Assembly: GCA_041497675.1 (NCBI GenBank) | Contig: JBGQGY010000069.1 | Span: 1 to 19,516 of the forward strand | DNA from: a bacterium | GTDB taxonomy: Bacteria; Sysuimicrobiota; Sysuimicrobiia; Sysuimicrobiales; Humicultoraceae | DNA: 19,516 nt | Reading direction: 5' to 3' | Part shown: positions 1 to 11,332 of the stretch, one piece after another | Layout of the letters: the number at the start of each line of letters is the position of its first letter | How positions within the stretch are numbered: position 1 is the stretch's first letter | Notes under the pieces: generated by a model | Databases searched by the model: none | What the model was told of the DNA's origin: nothing | The model's input: the letters and a program-made list of their open reading frames with translations, nothing else | Made by a program: the position numbers and the translations under genes

Positions 1-229
1 CGCCCAGCAGGGGCGAGCGGCGATCCTTGCTGCGCAGCCGTCGATCCGCCCGCCGCGCCTGCGCCAGGGCAAGATCGGGTGTCAGTTCCGCGAGCGCATT
101 GTACGTCGGCCCCATACGGTTGAGCCGATCCAGGAAGATCTTGGTGAGCTCCACCGACGAGATCTTCCGCGCCCGCAGTTCACGGCCCAGTTCCGTTGCG
201 GTTTTGAAGAACGGGTCGTTGTCAGCCAC
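1..229 (-). CDS. Amidase signature family protein (GatA/AtzE-like), N-terminal part; runs off the window's left edge
   Basis: Not in the ORF track. Manual translation from GTG at 229 gives MADNDPFFKTATELGRELRARKISSVELTKIFLDRLNRMGPTYNALAELTPDLALAQARRADRRLRSKDRRSPLLG. This matches the typical amidase N-terminus (S-S-V-E-L...A..AD...PL.G). A GGGGGA RBS-like sequence lies upstream. Confidence 0.85.
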   Translation of the reverse strand, partial: MADNDPFFKTATELGRELRARKISSVELTKIFLDRLNRMGPTYNALAELTPDLALAQARRADRRLRSKDRRSPLLG

Positions 230-263
230 GCGTGCATCCCCCAGATGTGTCATCACGCTGCAG

Positions 264-316
264 AAGCCTCCCCGCGGGACGGGGCCGCAGCGCCGAGCGC
301 CCCGACAGGGAGGCTT
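264..316. other. GC-rich stem-loop between rbsB and the amidase gene (possible mRNA stabiliser or terminator)
   Basis: AAGCCTCCC (264-272) pairs with GGGAGGCTT (308-316), and the inner CGGGGC (280-285) pairs with GCCCCG (299-304). It starts 4 nt after the rbsB stop and has no clear U-tract. Confidence 0.5.
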
Positions 317-320
317 GAGC

Positions 321-1220
321 CTACTTCGTCACGAGCTTCAGCGGGACGGGCGTGAACTTCGGCAGCTTCTGCCCGCCGAGCGCCTTGGCCGCCGCTTCCA
401 CCGCCAGCCGCCCCATCTCCCTGGGCTGCTGCGCGATAGTGGCGGCCAGCTTGCCTTCCTGAACCGCCTTCAGCGCGTCGGCGATAGCGTCGAACCCGAC
501 CACGAAGGTCCCTTTGTCGCGCTTCGCCGCGCCGATCGCCTGGACCGCACCCAGAGCCATCTCATCATTCTGGGCGAACACCGCGTCAATCTTCTTTTGC
601 GCCTGCAGGATATTTTCCATCACCTGGAGGCCCTTGGCCCGATCGAAATCCGCGGTCTGCGATGCCACAAGCGTGATGCCCGGATACTTCTTGAGCCCGT
701 CGCGGAAGCCCTTGCCGCGGTCACGCGCGGCCGAGGTGCCCGCGATACCTTCCAGCATGACGACGGTCCCTTTGCCGTTGAGCCGCTTGCCCACGTACTC
801 CGCCGCCATCACGCCTCCGGCAACGTTGTCACTGGCAATATGCGCGACGATGTCGCCGCCGTTCGCCCCGCGGTCAACGGTGATGACCGGGATCTTCGCG
901 GCATTGAGTTTCTTGACGGTCGGGACGATTGCGTCGCTGTCGGTCGGGTTGATGACCACCAGGTTGACCTTCTTGGCGATCAGATCCTCGATACTGCTGG
1001 CCTGTTTGGCCGGGTCGTTCTGCGCGTCAAGAATCACGAGCATGACACCGGCCTTGGCGGCCGCCGCCTGAGCCCCGTCGCGCAGGTCGACGAAGAACGG
1101 ATTGTTGAGGGTCGAGATCGACAGACCAACAGTGAACTTGGGAGCGGCCAGCGCTCCGGAGAACCCCAGCGTGAGGGCCAGGGCCGCCACGATGGTACTC
1201 GCCACTACCTGCCTGTACAT
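321..1220 (-). CDS. rbsB: D-ribose ABC transporter substrate-binding protein
   Basis: Motifs STLNNPFFV, INPTDSDA, IPVITVDR, HIASDN, ARDRGKGF, FAQNDEMALGA, VGFD and ATIAQQP are characteristic of RbsB. The N-terminus is a Sec-type signal peptide (…SGALA|APK). ATG 1220 is preferred over 1226 because it sits 8 nt from GGAGG. Confidence 0.93.
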   Translation of the reverse strand: MYRQVVASTIVAALALTLGFSGALAAPKFTVGLSISTLNNPFFVDLRDGAQAAAAKAGVMLVILDAQNDPAKQASSIEDLIAKKVNLVVINPTDSDAIVPTVKKLNAAKIPVITVDRGANGGDIVAHIASDNVAGGVMAAEYVGKRLNGKGTVVMLEGIAGTSAARDRGKGFRDGLKKYPGITLVASQTADFDRAKGLQVMENILQAQKKIDAVFAQNDEMALGAVQAIGAAKRDKGTFVVGFDAIADALKAVQEGKLAATIAQQPREMGRLAVEAAAKALGGQKLPKFTPVPLKLVTK

Positions 1221-1280
1221 CTGCATATCCTCCCTTCGGAAACTGTGTCGATCCGTCCACGATCCGGTCCGGATGCGCTA

Positions 1281-2267
1281 TCACCTCCTCCCGCGGAGTT
1301 TCTGATCGAGCAGTACGGCCAGCAGGATCACCACGCCCTTCACGACCTGCTGGTAGAACGAGGAGACGTTCAACAGATTGAGCCCGTTGTTCAGAATGCC
1401 GATCAGAAACGCCCCCAACAGCGTGCCGGCCATGGTGCCCTCGCCCCCGGCGAGCGTGGTCCCGCCCAGCACGACGGCCGCGATCGCGTCCAATTCGTAT
1501 CCCAGCCCGGCCGTGGGCTGCGCGGAATCTAGCCGCGACGTTAGGATGACGGCCGCGACCGCCGATAGAAAGCCGCTGATCGCATAAACGAGTATCTTGT
1601 ACCGGCGCACGCCGACGCCCGAGAGCCGCGTGGCCTCCTCGTTGCCGCCGATCGCATAGATGTACCGTCCGACGACCATCTGGGTCAGCATGATCGTCGC
1701 GGCCGCGAACACGAGCAGCGTGATGATCGCGGGCACCGGAATCCCGGCGGCATCACCCGTGCCCAGCCACGAGAACGCCGCGCCGAGGTCACTGATCGGG
1801 CGGCCGTCCGTGTACACGAGCGTTAGCCCGCGGGCGATCGTCAGGGTCGCCAGCGTCGCGATGAACGGCGCGACGTTGCCGTACGCGACCGCGATGCCGT
1901 TGACCGCGCCAAACCCCGTGCCGACGGCGAGCCCGGCCAGCAACGCGACGACCAGCGGCGTACCGCCCTTCAACACGCCGGCCAGCACGGCGCCGGCGAT
2001 GGCGAGGACGGAACCCACGGACAGATCGATCCCGCCGGTCAGGATCACAAACGTCATGCCGGCGGCCATGATCGCGTTGATCGAGACCTGGCGCGTGACG
2101 TTGAGCAGGTTGCCGACCGTAAGAAACGACGGCGACAGCACGGTCAGCGCCGCCATCAACAACACCATGGCCGCCGGCAGTCCAAACCGCTGCACGCGCA
2201 TCCGCAGCTCGACGCTCGAAGCGCCGCGGCCGGCTGGACGCGGCGCGGCGTCAGTGGCCGGTTGCAC
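1281..2267 (-). CDS. rbsC: Ribose ABC transporter permease
   Basis: Hydrophobic 328-aa protein with GMTFVILTGGIDLSVGS, PFIATL, GRYIYAIGGNEEATRLSG, GYELDAIAAVVLGGT and GILNNGLNLLNV. It sits within the rbs operon. Confidence 0.92.
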   Translation of the reverse strand: MQPATDAAPRPAGRGASSVELRMRVQRFGLPAAMVLLMAALTVLSPSFLTVGNLLNVTRQVSINAIMAAGMTFVILTGGIDLSVGSVLAIAGAVLAGVLKGGTPLVVALLAGLAVGTGFGAVNGIAVAYGNVAPFIATLATLTIARGLTLVYTDGRPISDLGAAFSWLGTGDAAGIPVPAIITLLVFAAATIMLTQMVVGRYIYAIGGNEEATRLSGVGVRRYKILVYAISGFLSAVAAVILTSRLDSAQPTAGLGYELDAIAAVVLGGTTLAGGEGTMAGTLLGAFLIGILNNGLNLLNVSSFYQQVVKGVVILLAVLLDQKLRGRR

Positions 2268-3774
2268 GTCGATACGTCCTCCCTGTGGCGCTCGCCATGA
2301 TCGCCTCTTGCGTGGCGTCGGCCCGCGAGAACTCGCCTGTGACCTCGCCTTCGTGCATCACTAGGATTCGATCCGACATGCCGAGGACTTCGGGGAGTTC
2401 AGACGAGATCAAGACCTGCGCCACGCCGGCGCGCGCCAGATCCACCATGAGCCGGTACAGTTCCACCTTGGCCCCAACGTCGATACCGCGCGTCGGCTCG
2501 CACAGCAGCAGCACCTTTCCGCCGCCTTCCAGCCACTTCGCTACGACGACTTTCTGCTGGTTGCCTCCCGACAGCGTCCGCGCCGTCTGTTCTGGGCCGG
2601 TCGCCTGGATATGCAGGCGATGGATCCGCTGCTCGACGACGCGCCGCTCTTCGTCGCGGCGGACGAATCCGCCGACCTGGAGCCGCTCAAGCGACGGCAG
2701 GCTGACATTGGCCCGGAGGCTCATCCCGAGCACCAACCCCTGCGTCTTGCGGTCTTCGGGCACCAGACCGATCCCATGGGCGATGGCGTCGGCGGGAGAC
2801 TCGATCTCGACCTTCCGGCCCTCGACGACGATGTCGCCCGCCTCGAGGGGAAGGGCGCCGAAGATGGCGTGGGCCACCTCGATCTTCCCGGACCCGACCA
2901 GACCCGCGATGCCCACGATCTCGCCGGCGTTCACGGTGAACGACACATTCCGGAACAGACCCGGAACCGACAGGCCCCGCACCTCCAGCACCGGCCGGCC
3001 GGCCGGCACGGGTTCCTTCGGAAACTTCTCCGTGAGTTTGCGGCCCACCATCGCCTGGATCAGCCCGTCCATGTCGATGGCGTCGCGCCGGAACGTGCCG
3101 ACGTGATGCCCGTCCCGCAGGACCGTGACGCGGTCGGCAATGCGGAAAATCTCCTCCAAACGGTGCGAGATGTAGACCACCGCCACGCCGCGGGCGGTGA
3201 GATCGCGGATGATACCAAACAACCGGTTCGTCTCCTCGATCGTGAGCGCCGCTGTAGGCTCGTCCATCACCAGGATGTCGGCATTCTGACTGAGCGCCCT
3301 GGCGATCTCGAGGGCCTGGCGTTCGGCAACGCTGAGCAGGTCCACGCGCGAGCGAGGATCCACATCGACACCAAGGTCGGCCATCGCGCGTTGCGCCTGG
3401 TTCCGCGCGGCCTTCCAATCGACGAACCAACGCCAGCGCCGCGGCTCGCGCCCCAGCAGCAGATTCTCCGCTACCGACAGCGGGCCGACTTGACTGAGCT
3501 CCTGGTGAATGATGGCGATACCGAGTTCACGCGCCTGCCGCGGGCTGGTGATCTCGACCTGCCGGCCGCGCAGCCGGATCTCGCCGCTGTCGCGGCGATG
3601 AATACCGCCAAGGATGCGAATCAGGGTCGACTTCCCCGCGCCGTTCTCGCCGAGAAGCGCGTGTACTTCGCCGGGCAGCACGTCAAGGTCGACCCGCTCG
3701 AGGGCGCGCACGCCCGGAAACTCTTTGCTGATCTCGAGCATCTGCAGCACCGGCGCCGGCGCGGGTACTCCCAT
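2251..3774 (-). CDS. rbsA: Ribose ABC transporter ATP-binding protein (tandem NBD, CUT2 family)
   Basis: Walker A GENGAGKSTL, MDEPTA, YISHRLEE and a second NBD with LSGGNQQKV and EPTRGIDVGAK. The start is placed at ATG 3774, which overlaps the rbsD stop (TGATG coupling). Confidence 0.92.
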   Translation of the reverse strand: MGVPAPAPVLQMLEISKEFPGVRALERVDLDVLPGEVHALLGENGAGKSTLIRILGGIHRRDSGEIRLRGRQVEITSPRQARELGIAIIHQELSQVGPLSVAENLLLGREPRRWRWFVDWKAARNQAQRAMADLGVDVDPRSRVDLLSVAERQALEIARALSQNADILVMDEPTAALTIEETNRLFGIIRDLTARGVAVVYISHRLEEIFRIADRVTVLRDGHHVGTFRRDAIDMDGLIQAMVGRKLTEKFPKEPVPAGRPVLEVRGLSVPGLFRNVSFTVNAGEIVGIAGLVGSGKIEVAHAIFGALPLEAGDIVVEGRKVEIESPADAIAHGIGLVPEDRKTQGLVLGMSLRANVSLPSLERLQVGGFVRRDEERRVVEQRIHRLHIQATGPEQTARTLSGGNQQKVVVAKWLEGGGKVLLLCEPTRGIDVGAKVELYRLMVDLARAGVAQVLISSELPEVLGMSDRILVMHEGEVTGEFSRADATQEAIMASATGRTYRRATGH

Positions 3775-4169
3775 CAGAAGGCGACCCCGCACCGGAGCAA
3801 CACGTTGGCAAACGGCGTGCACTCCCCGGTCCGGATGACCGCGCGCGCGTCTCGGACGCGGGCCTTCAGCGCCTGATGGCTGATCTCGACTACGGGTGTC
3901 TTCCCGAGGAGTTTCTTCAGCGCTCGGTACGCGCCTGGATTCCTCCGCGCCATCTCCTTGGCGATCACGGCACGCTCGACCACCACCTCGCCGAGCAGCG
4001 CCTCCACGGTCTGGACGAACCCGGGTACGCCGCGCGTCAGTGCCAGATCAATACGCCAGACACCGTCCGGAATCGGCAGCCCGGCGTCGGCGACGCCCAC
4101 GAGGTCCGTGTGGCCGAGGGTGGCAATGAGGTACGACAGATCGCTGTTGAGAATGCCGGCACGCTTCAC
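3774..4169 (-). CDS. rbsD: D-ribose pyranase
   Basis: This is the C-terminal part of ORF 3774..4901, starting at GTG 4169 (GTGA overlap with the rbsK stop): MKRAGILNSDLS…LGHTD…DAGLPIP…RIDLAL…IRTGECTPFANVLL.GVAF, 131 aa, classic RbsD motifs. Confidence 0.93.
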   Translation of the reverse strand: MKRAGILNSDLSYLIATLGHTDLVGVADAGLPIPDGVWRIDLALTRGVPGFVQTVEALLGEVVVERAVIAKEMARRNPGAYRALKKLLGKTPVVEISHQALKARVRDARAVIRTGECTPFANVLLRCGVAF

Positions 4170-5077
4170 CGCGCCATCGCCTCCTCCACCTCCGCGCGCG
4201 TGGGCATGGATTGTGCGCCCATGCGCGTCACCTTGAGCGCCGCGGCGTGCGTCGCAAACCGGACGGCATCGGGCAACGCCTGCCCTTCGCCGAGCGCGAC
4301 ACCCAGGGCCGCGGCGAACGCGTCGCCGGCGGCGGTAGTGTCCAGCGCCTTGACCGGAATCGCCGGCACGTGCGCGCGACCAGTGGTGGACACATAGACC
4401 GAGCCTCGCTCGCCGAGCTTGATGACCGCGGCGCTCGCCCCCTTCTGCAAAAGCGCCTCGGCGGCCCGTTCGGCCTCTGAAATGCTGGTGACGGGCAGGC
4501 CGGTCAGCACGCGCGCCTCGGTCTCGTTGGGGTTGATGACGTCGATCAGGGGCCAGAGGTCGTCGGGCAGCAGGGCCGCGGGCGCCGGGTCCAGGCAAAC
4601 GATCGCGCCGGCCTCCCGACCGAGGCGCGCAGCCCGCACCACGGCGTCCATGGGGACTTCCAACTGCAGGAGCACCACACGGGCCGCGGCGATGACGCGG
4701 GCGGCGGCGACGACGTCCTCGGGCCGGAGACGCATGTTGGCGCCCGGGGCCACGACGATCATGTTCTGGCCCGCGGCATCTACCGTGATGAAGGCGACGC
4801 CCGTCGCGGCGCCGGGTTCCGTGCGGACCCGCGCGACGTCGATACCCTCGCGTCGGAGGCCGGAGAGTTGCTGCACACCGAACGCGTCGGCGCCCACGCA
4901 CCCGATCATCGTCACGGCAGCGCCCAGCCGCGCGGCGGCCACGGCCTGGTTTGCCCCCTTGCCGCCGGGGAAGGTGCCGAACTCGGCGCCCGTCAACGTC
5001 TCGCCGACCTGGGGCAGGCGGGGCGTCTTCACCACCAGGTCCATGTTGAGACTACCGACCACGCACACCTGAACCAT
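4166..5077 (-). CDS. rbsK: Ribokinase (PfkB family)
   Basis: VVGSLNMDLV, PGGKGANQAVAAARLG, G.VG.D.FG, LLQLEVP, PNETEA and DTTAAGDAF (anion hole with catalytic Asp). First gene of the rbs operon. Confidence 0.95.
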   Translation of the reverse strand: MVQVCVVGSLNMDLVVKTPRLPQVGETLTGAEFGTFPGGKGANQAVAAARLGAAVTMIGCVGADAFGVQQLSGLRREGIDVARVRTEPGAATGVAFITVDAAGQNMIVVAPGANMRLRPEDVVAAARVIAAARVVLLQLEVPMDAVVRAARLGREAGAIVCLDPAPAALLPDDLWPLIDVINPNETEARVLTGLPVTSISEAERAAEALLQKGASAAVIKLGERGSVYVSTTGRAHVPAIPVKALDTTAAGDAFAAALGVALGEGQALPDAVRFATHAAALKVTRMGAQSMPTRAEVEEAMAR

Positions 5078-5223
5078 CTGCCCACCGTCTGTCAGGCTCT
5101 CACACGGCCTGGGTTCAGCCCCATCGTACGCCGCCTGGCCCTGGGACCACCATCAGGTCGCGGATGTAGGTGCAGGATCGAAGAGGAAGCCCCCGGCCTG
5201 CCGCGCAACACAGCATAGTGAAT

Positions 5224-7947
<2,724 letters not shown>

Positions 7948-7954
7948 CGCCCAC

Positions 7955-7974
7955 CATCGGGTTAATGACCGATG
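7955..7974 (+). promoter_or_regulatory. Candidate transcription-factor binding palindrome CATCGGGTTAATGACCGATG upstream of the HhH/site-2 protease genes
   Basis: Perfect inverted repeat CCATCGG-N8-CCGATGG (7954-7975) in a 75-bp intergenic gap, 16/20 identical to the site at 18995-19014. A -10-like TAGCGT at 7996-8001 would put its centre near -43. Confidence 0.6.
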
Positions 7975-8022
7975 GCGTCCGAGCCCGCCGCCCGGTAGCG
8001 TGGAACTGGGGAGGCGGTGGCT

Positions 8023-8904
8023 ATGCGCGACGAGCACAATGTGGCAATTGCCAGCCGCCTGGACGAAGTGGCGAGCCTGCTCGAAGAGCAAGGCGCCAAT
8101 CCGTACCGGGTGGCTGCCTATCGTCGGGCCGCGGAGCGTATTCGGGTGCTCGATGAGCCTGTGGCGGAAATCCTGCGTACTGAAGGGCTCCAGGGCCTGA
8201 CGCGTCTGCGCGGCATCGGAGAGAGCATCGCGAGATCCATCCACCTTCTGGTCGTGCTGGGCAGACTGCCAATGCTGGAACGCCTTCGCGGCGAGAGCGA
8301 CCCCGAGGCGCTGTTGCGGTCTGTACCCGGCATTGGACGGAAGCTCGCGGAGCGGTTCCACGACGAACTGGGCATCGCCTCGCTGCCTGAACTGGAGGCG
8401 GCTGCGCACAACGGCCGGCTCCACGACATTGCCGGCATGGGTGAGAAGCGGCTGGCAGGGATCCGGGATGTTCTTGCCAACCGGCTGGGTCGGTTGCGAG
8501 AACACGCTGTATCGGCGGCGGTCGAAGAGCCTGTCGTCGCAGAGCTCTTGGACGTCGACCGAGAATATCGCGAGAAGGCGGCGGCAGGTGTCCTGCACAG
8601 GATTACGCCGCGGCGCTTCAATCCGACCGGCAAAGCGTGGCTCTCCGTATTGCATACTCGGCGCGGGACCCGGGAGTACACCGCGTTGTTCTCCAACTCC
8701 GCGCGGGCACACCGAAAAGGCAGGACTCGCGACTGGGTTGTACTCTACTACGACGACGGCGACCGTCAGTCCACCGTGATCACCGCGACGCGCGGTCTGC
8801 TGCGGGGCCGGCGAATCGTCGTCGGCCGGCTTGCCGAGTGTGAGCAGTACTACGAGACCGTGAAGCCCGAAGCACAAACCCTGGCCATCGCCAGCGTGGC
8901 CTAA
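8023..8904 (+). CDS. Helix-hairpin-helix DNA-binding protein: PolX-type N-terminal (8-kDa/fingers-like) domains plus an uncharacterised C-terminal domain; no polymerase or PHP domain
   Basis: N..IA..L.E.A.LLE.QGANPYRVAAYRRAA matches the PolX N-terminus. Three HhH motifs are present (LRGIGESIA, VPGIGRKLA, IAGMGEKRL). No GSxRR/DxD palm motif. ATG 8023 lies 8 nt after GGAGG. Confidence 0.8.
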   Translation: MRDEHNVAIASRLDEVASLLEEQGANPYRVAAYRRAAERIRVLDEPVAEILRTEGLQGLTRLRGIGESIARSIHLLVVLGRLPMLERLRGESDPEALLRSVPGIGRKLAERFHDELGIASLPELEAAAHNGRLHDIAGMGEKRLAGIRDVLANRLGRLREHAVSAAVEEPVVAELLDVDREYREKAAAGVLHRITPRRFNPTGKAWLSVLHTRRGTREYTALFSNSARAHRKGRTRDWVVLYYDDGDRQSTVITATRGLLRGRRIVVGRLAECEQYYETVKPEAQTLAIASVA

Positions 8905-8928
8905 CTCCCCGCCCGGGGGCACCGAGAG

Positions 8929-10044
8929 ATGCAGAGGGGATCTCTCACCTTCGCAAGAGCCTTCGGCATCCCACTTGCCATCCACTACAGCTGGCCCCTG
9001 ATCGCGGCGCTCGTTGCCTTCTCGCTGGCCAGGGGGTACTTTCCAGCCGAGTATCCCGGATGGGCGCCTGAACTCTACTGGATAACTGCGGTTGTCACGA
9101 CCATCTTTTTCTTTGCTTCGGTCGTCACCCACGAACTGGGGCACTCAATTGTCGCGCTGCGGGAGGGACTGCCGGTTCGCAGCATCACGCTGTTCATCTT
9201 CGGCGGCCTGGCGCAGATCGGGCGCGAGCCACGGACGGCCGCCGCAGAGCTTCGCATCGCAGCTGCGGGACCGGTGGTGAGCCTGGGCCTTGCGGGCCTC
9301 TTCCGGGCGCTGAGCTTTCTACCCGCAGCGCCGATGCTGGCGGCCTCGGGTACCTACCTCAGCCGTATCAACCTCCTGCTGGCCCTGTTCAACCTGCTCC
9401 CCGGGTTCCCGCTGGACGGCGGGCGGATCCTGCGGGCCATCCTGTGGGCGACAACGGGCAACTTGCGAACGGCGACGCGCCAGGCGGCCACGGTGGGTCA
9501 GGTCCTGGCGTTCGGGTTGATCTTCCTGGGCGTCTGGCAGATATTCCTCGGCAACCCGCTGAACGGGCTGTGGATCGCCTTCATCGGCTGGTTTCTCAAC
9601 AGCGCCGCCGAATCCAGCCTGCACCAGGCCGCCCTCGGCCAATTGCTGGAAGGTGTCAAGGTACGAGATCTCATGACGGGAGAGTGCCCGGTCGTGGACG
9701 GCAGCACGTCGATCGAGCAGTTCGTGGACGAGCACGTGCTCCGCGCCGGACGCCGCTGCGTCCTCGTGGCCGAGGATCAGTCATTGCGCGGCATGATGAC
9801 CCTGCACAACATCCGAACTGTCCCGCGTGAACACTGGAGTCGGCGTACGGTGGCAGAGGTCATGACCCCTGTTGAGCAATTGCAGCGTGCGCGGCTCGAC
9901 GAAGACGTGTGGTCTCTGCTGCAGCGGATGGATGAGGCCGACGTGCATCAGATGCCGGTGACGGACGACGGGCGCCTGGTGGGCCTCATCACCCGCGAGC
10001 ATCTGATCCGGTACATCCGCACCCGTCTGGAGCTGGGCATCTAG
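8929..10044 (+). CDS. Site-2 protease (peptidase M50) with C-terminal tandem CBS domains
   Basis: Zinc motif HELGH, ITLFIFGG, IAAAGP, FNLLPGFPLDGGRILRA and several TM segments. The C-terminal CBS pair reads VRDLMT…, VAEVMTP…MPVTDDGRLVGLITRE. Confidence 0.93.
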   Translation: MQRGSLTFARAFGIPLAIHYSWPLIAALVAFSLARGYFPAEYPGWAPELYWITAVVTTIFFFASVVTHELGHSIVALREGLPVRSITLFIFGGLAQIGREPRTAAAELRIAAAGPVVSLGLAGLFRALSFLPAAPMLAASGTYLSRINLLLALFNLLPGFPLDGGRILRAILWATTGNLRTATRQAATVGQVLAFGLIFLGVWQIFLGNPLNGLWIAFIGWFLNSAAESSLHQAALGQLLEGVKVRDLMTGECPVVDGSTSIEQFVDEHVLRAGRRCVLVAEDQSLRGMMTLHNIRTVPREHWSRRTVAEVMTPVEQLQRARLDEDVWSLLQRMDEADVHQMPVTDDGRLVGLITREHLIRYIRTRLELGI

Positions 10045-10057
10045 GCCCCGTGCCAGG

Positions 10058-11308
10058 CTACTTCGTTTCGATCGCCACCGAGGCGGTCATGTTCCAGCGA
10101 AGACGCGGATCCTGTTTGTCCAACGCGATGACCACCGTGTAGACGATGTCGCCAAATCGATTCTCGCCGAACGGCTTGATCTCGGTGACGCGACCCGCTA
10201 GCTCCAGCCCGGGAATGGCGTCAAGGGTAATCTTTACCGCGTTGCCCGTTTTAACGCTGACGATGTTCAGTTCGGTCAGATCGGTCGTCTCGATGCGCCA
10301 GATGGAGAGATCACCCACACGCACCACCGGGGCGCCCGGCGCCACAAACTCGCCCATTTTCGGACCGACCCACGCCACAGTGCCGGCCAGGGGCGACCGG
10401 ATCTCGGACTGATCCAGGGCCGCCGACGCCTGTTTGACTGCTGCTGCCGCCGAGGCCACGTCGGCTTCCGCCGCGGCGACCTCTTCGCGCCGCGCGCCCG
10501 CCATCACGAGGTCGAGTTGGGCCTTCGCCCGTCTCACGTCGGCCCGCGCCGCGTCGATCTCTTCTTTACGGGCGCCGGTTTGCACCAGGCTCAACTGCTG
10601 GCGGGCCGAGGTGACCTGCGCCATCGCGCCGGCGTGTTCGGCGCGCACAGCCTCCAGATCCGCCTGGGCCGTGGCCATACGCGTGCGCGCCTGGTCGACG
10701 GATTGCTGCGGCACCGCCCGCTGCGCGACCAGCTGCTCCATCCGCTGGAGATCGTCTTGCGCCATCTTGAGCGCCAATTCGGCCTGAACGACGCGCTGGC
10801 GCGCAGAATCCGCCCGCTTCACTGCCTGGTCCACCTGCGCCTGCGCCTGCGCCCGCTCTTGCTCGCGCGCGCCCGCGATCACCTGGTTGTACCGCGCCTC
10901 GGCGGCCTGGAGCGCCGCCCGCGCCACTTCGACATCCTGAGCACGCGCACCGGCGCGCAGTTGTGCGAGTCTGGCCTGGGCGCGTTGCCTCGCCGCTTCG
11001 GCCTGTGCGACCGAGGCCGCGGCCTGCCGCGCGGCGTCCGACCGCACGAGCGCCTGGTTCTCACGGACGCGATCGCCGACGTTCACCAGGATCTCCGCGA
11101 TCGCCCCACCGGTGGTGAGGCTCAGTGTCACGCCCTTGACCGGGACGACGCGCGCTTCGGCGACGACCTGGTCACCGGCCTTGACCGGCGGGAGTTTCTG
11201 ACCCGGATCCTGGGACGACGACGGCGCACCGCGCAGACGGCCGGACACGACGTACCCGACCGCCAGGACGACGGCGAGCACCGCCGCACCGATCACGATC
11301 CTTCTCAT
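10058..11308 (-). CDS. HlyD/MacA-family periplasmic adaptor (membrane fusion protein)
   Basis: N-terminal TM anchor, lipoyl half-motifs (GAIAEILVNVGDRV and IRSPLAGTV…GEFVAPGAPVV), a long Ala/Gln coiled coil and a C-terminal beta-barrel (LRWNMTASV). AGGAGG RBS. Confidence 0.9.
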   Translation of the reverse strand: MRRIVIGAAVLAVVLAVGYVVSGRLRGAPSSSQDPGQKLPPVKAGDQVVAEARVVPVKGVTLSLTTGGAIAEILVNVGDRVRENQALVRSDAARQAAASVAQAEAARQRAQARLAQLRAGARAQDVEVARAALQAAEARYNQVIAGAREQERAQAQAQVDQAVKRADSARQRVVQAELALKMAQDDLQRMEQLVAQRAVPQQSVDQARTRMATAQADLEAVRAEHAGAMAQVTSARQQLSLVQTGARKEEIDAARADVRRAKAQLDLVMAGARREEVAAAEADVASAAAAVKQASAALDQSEIRSPLAGTVAWVGPKMGEFVAPGAPVVRVGDLSIWRIETTDLTELNIVSVKTGNAVKITLDAIPGLELAGRVTEIKPFGENRFGDIVYTVVIALDKQDPRLRWNMTASVAIETK

Positions 11309-11332
11309 CTCCGGATCCTCCTGCCCCGATTC

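Noticed and set aside
1262..1274. Palindrome ATCCGG-T-CCGGAT between rbsC and rbsB
   Set aside because: Short, single-copy, with a loop too small for an RNA hairpin; plausible by chance in GC-rich DNA.
27..1532. 501-aa plus-strand ORF, and similar ORFs at 2611-3876, 5092-5691 and 7705-9144
   Set aside because: These are antisense shadows of well-supported genes in high-GC DNA, with no recognisable motifs.
4170..4901. Apparent 244-aa N-terminal extension of RbsD
   Set aside because: This is an alternative frame over rbsK. The true start is GTG 4169, coupled to the rbsK stop.
8023..8904. Annotation as DNA polymerase X or a polX pseudogene
   Set aside because: There are no palm catalytic motifs or PHP domain. 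The frame is uninterrupted with a good RBS and a protein-like C-terminal domain.
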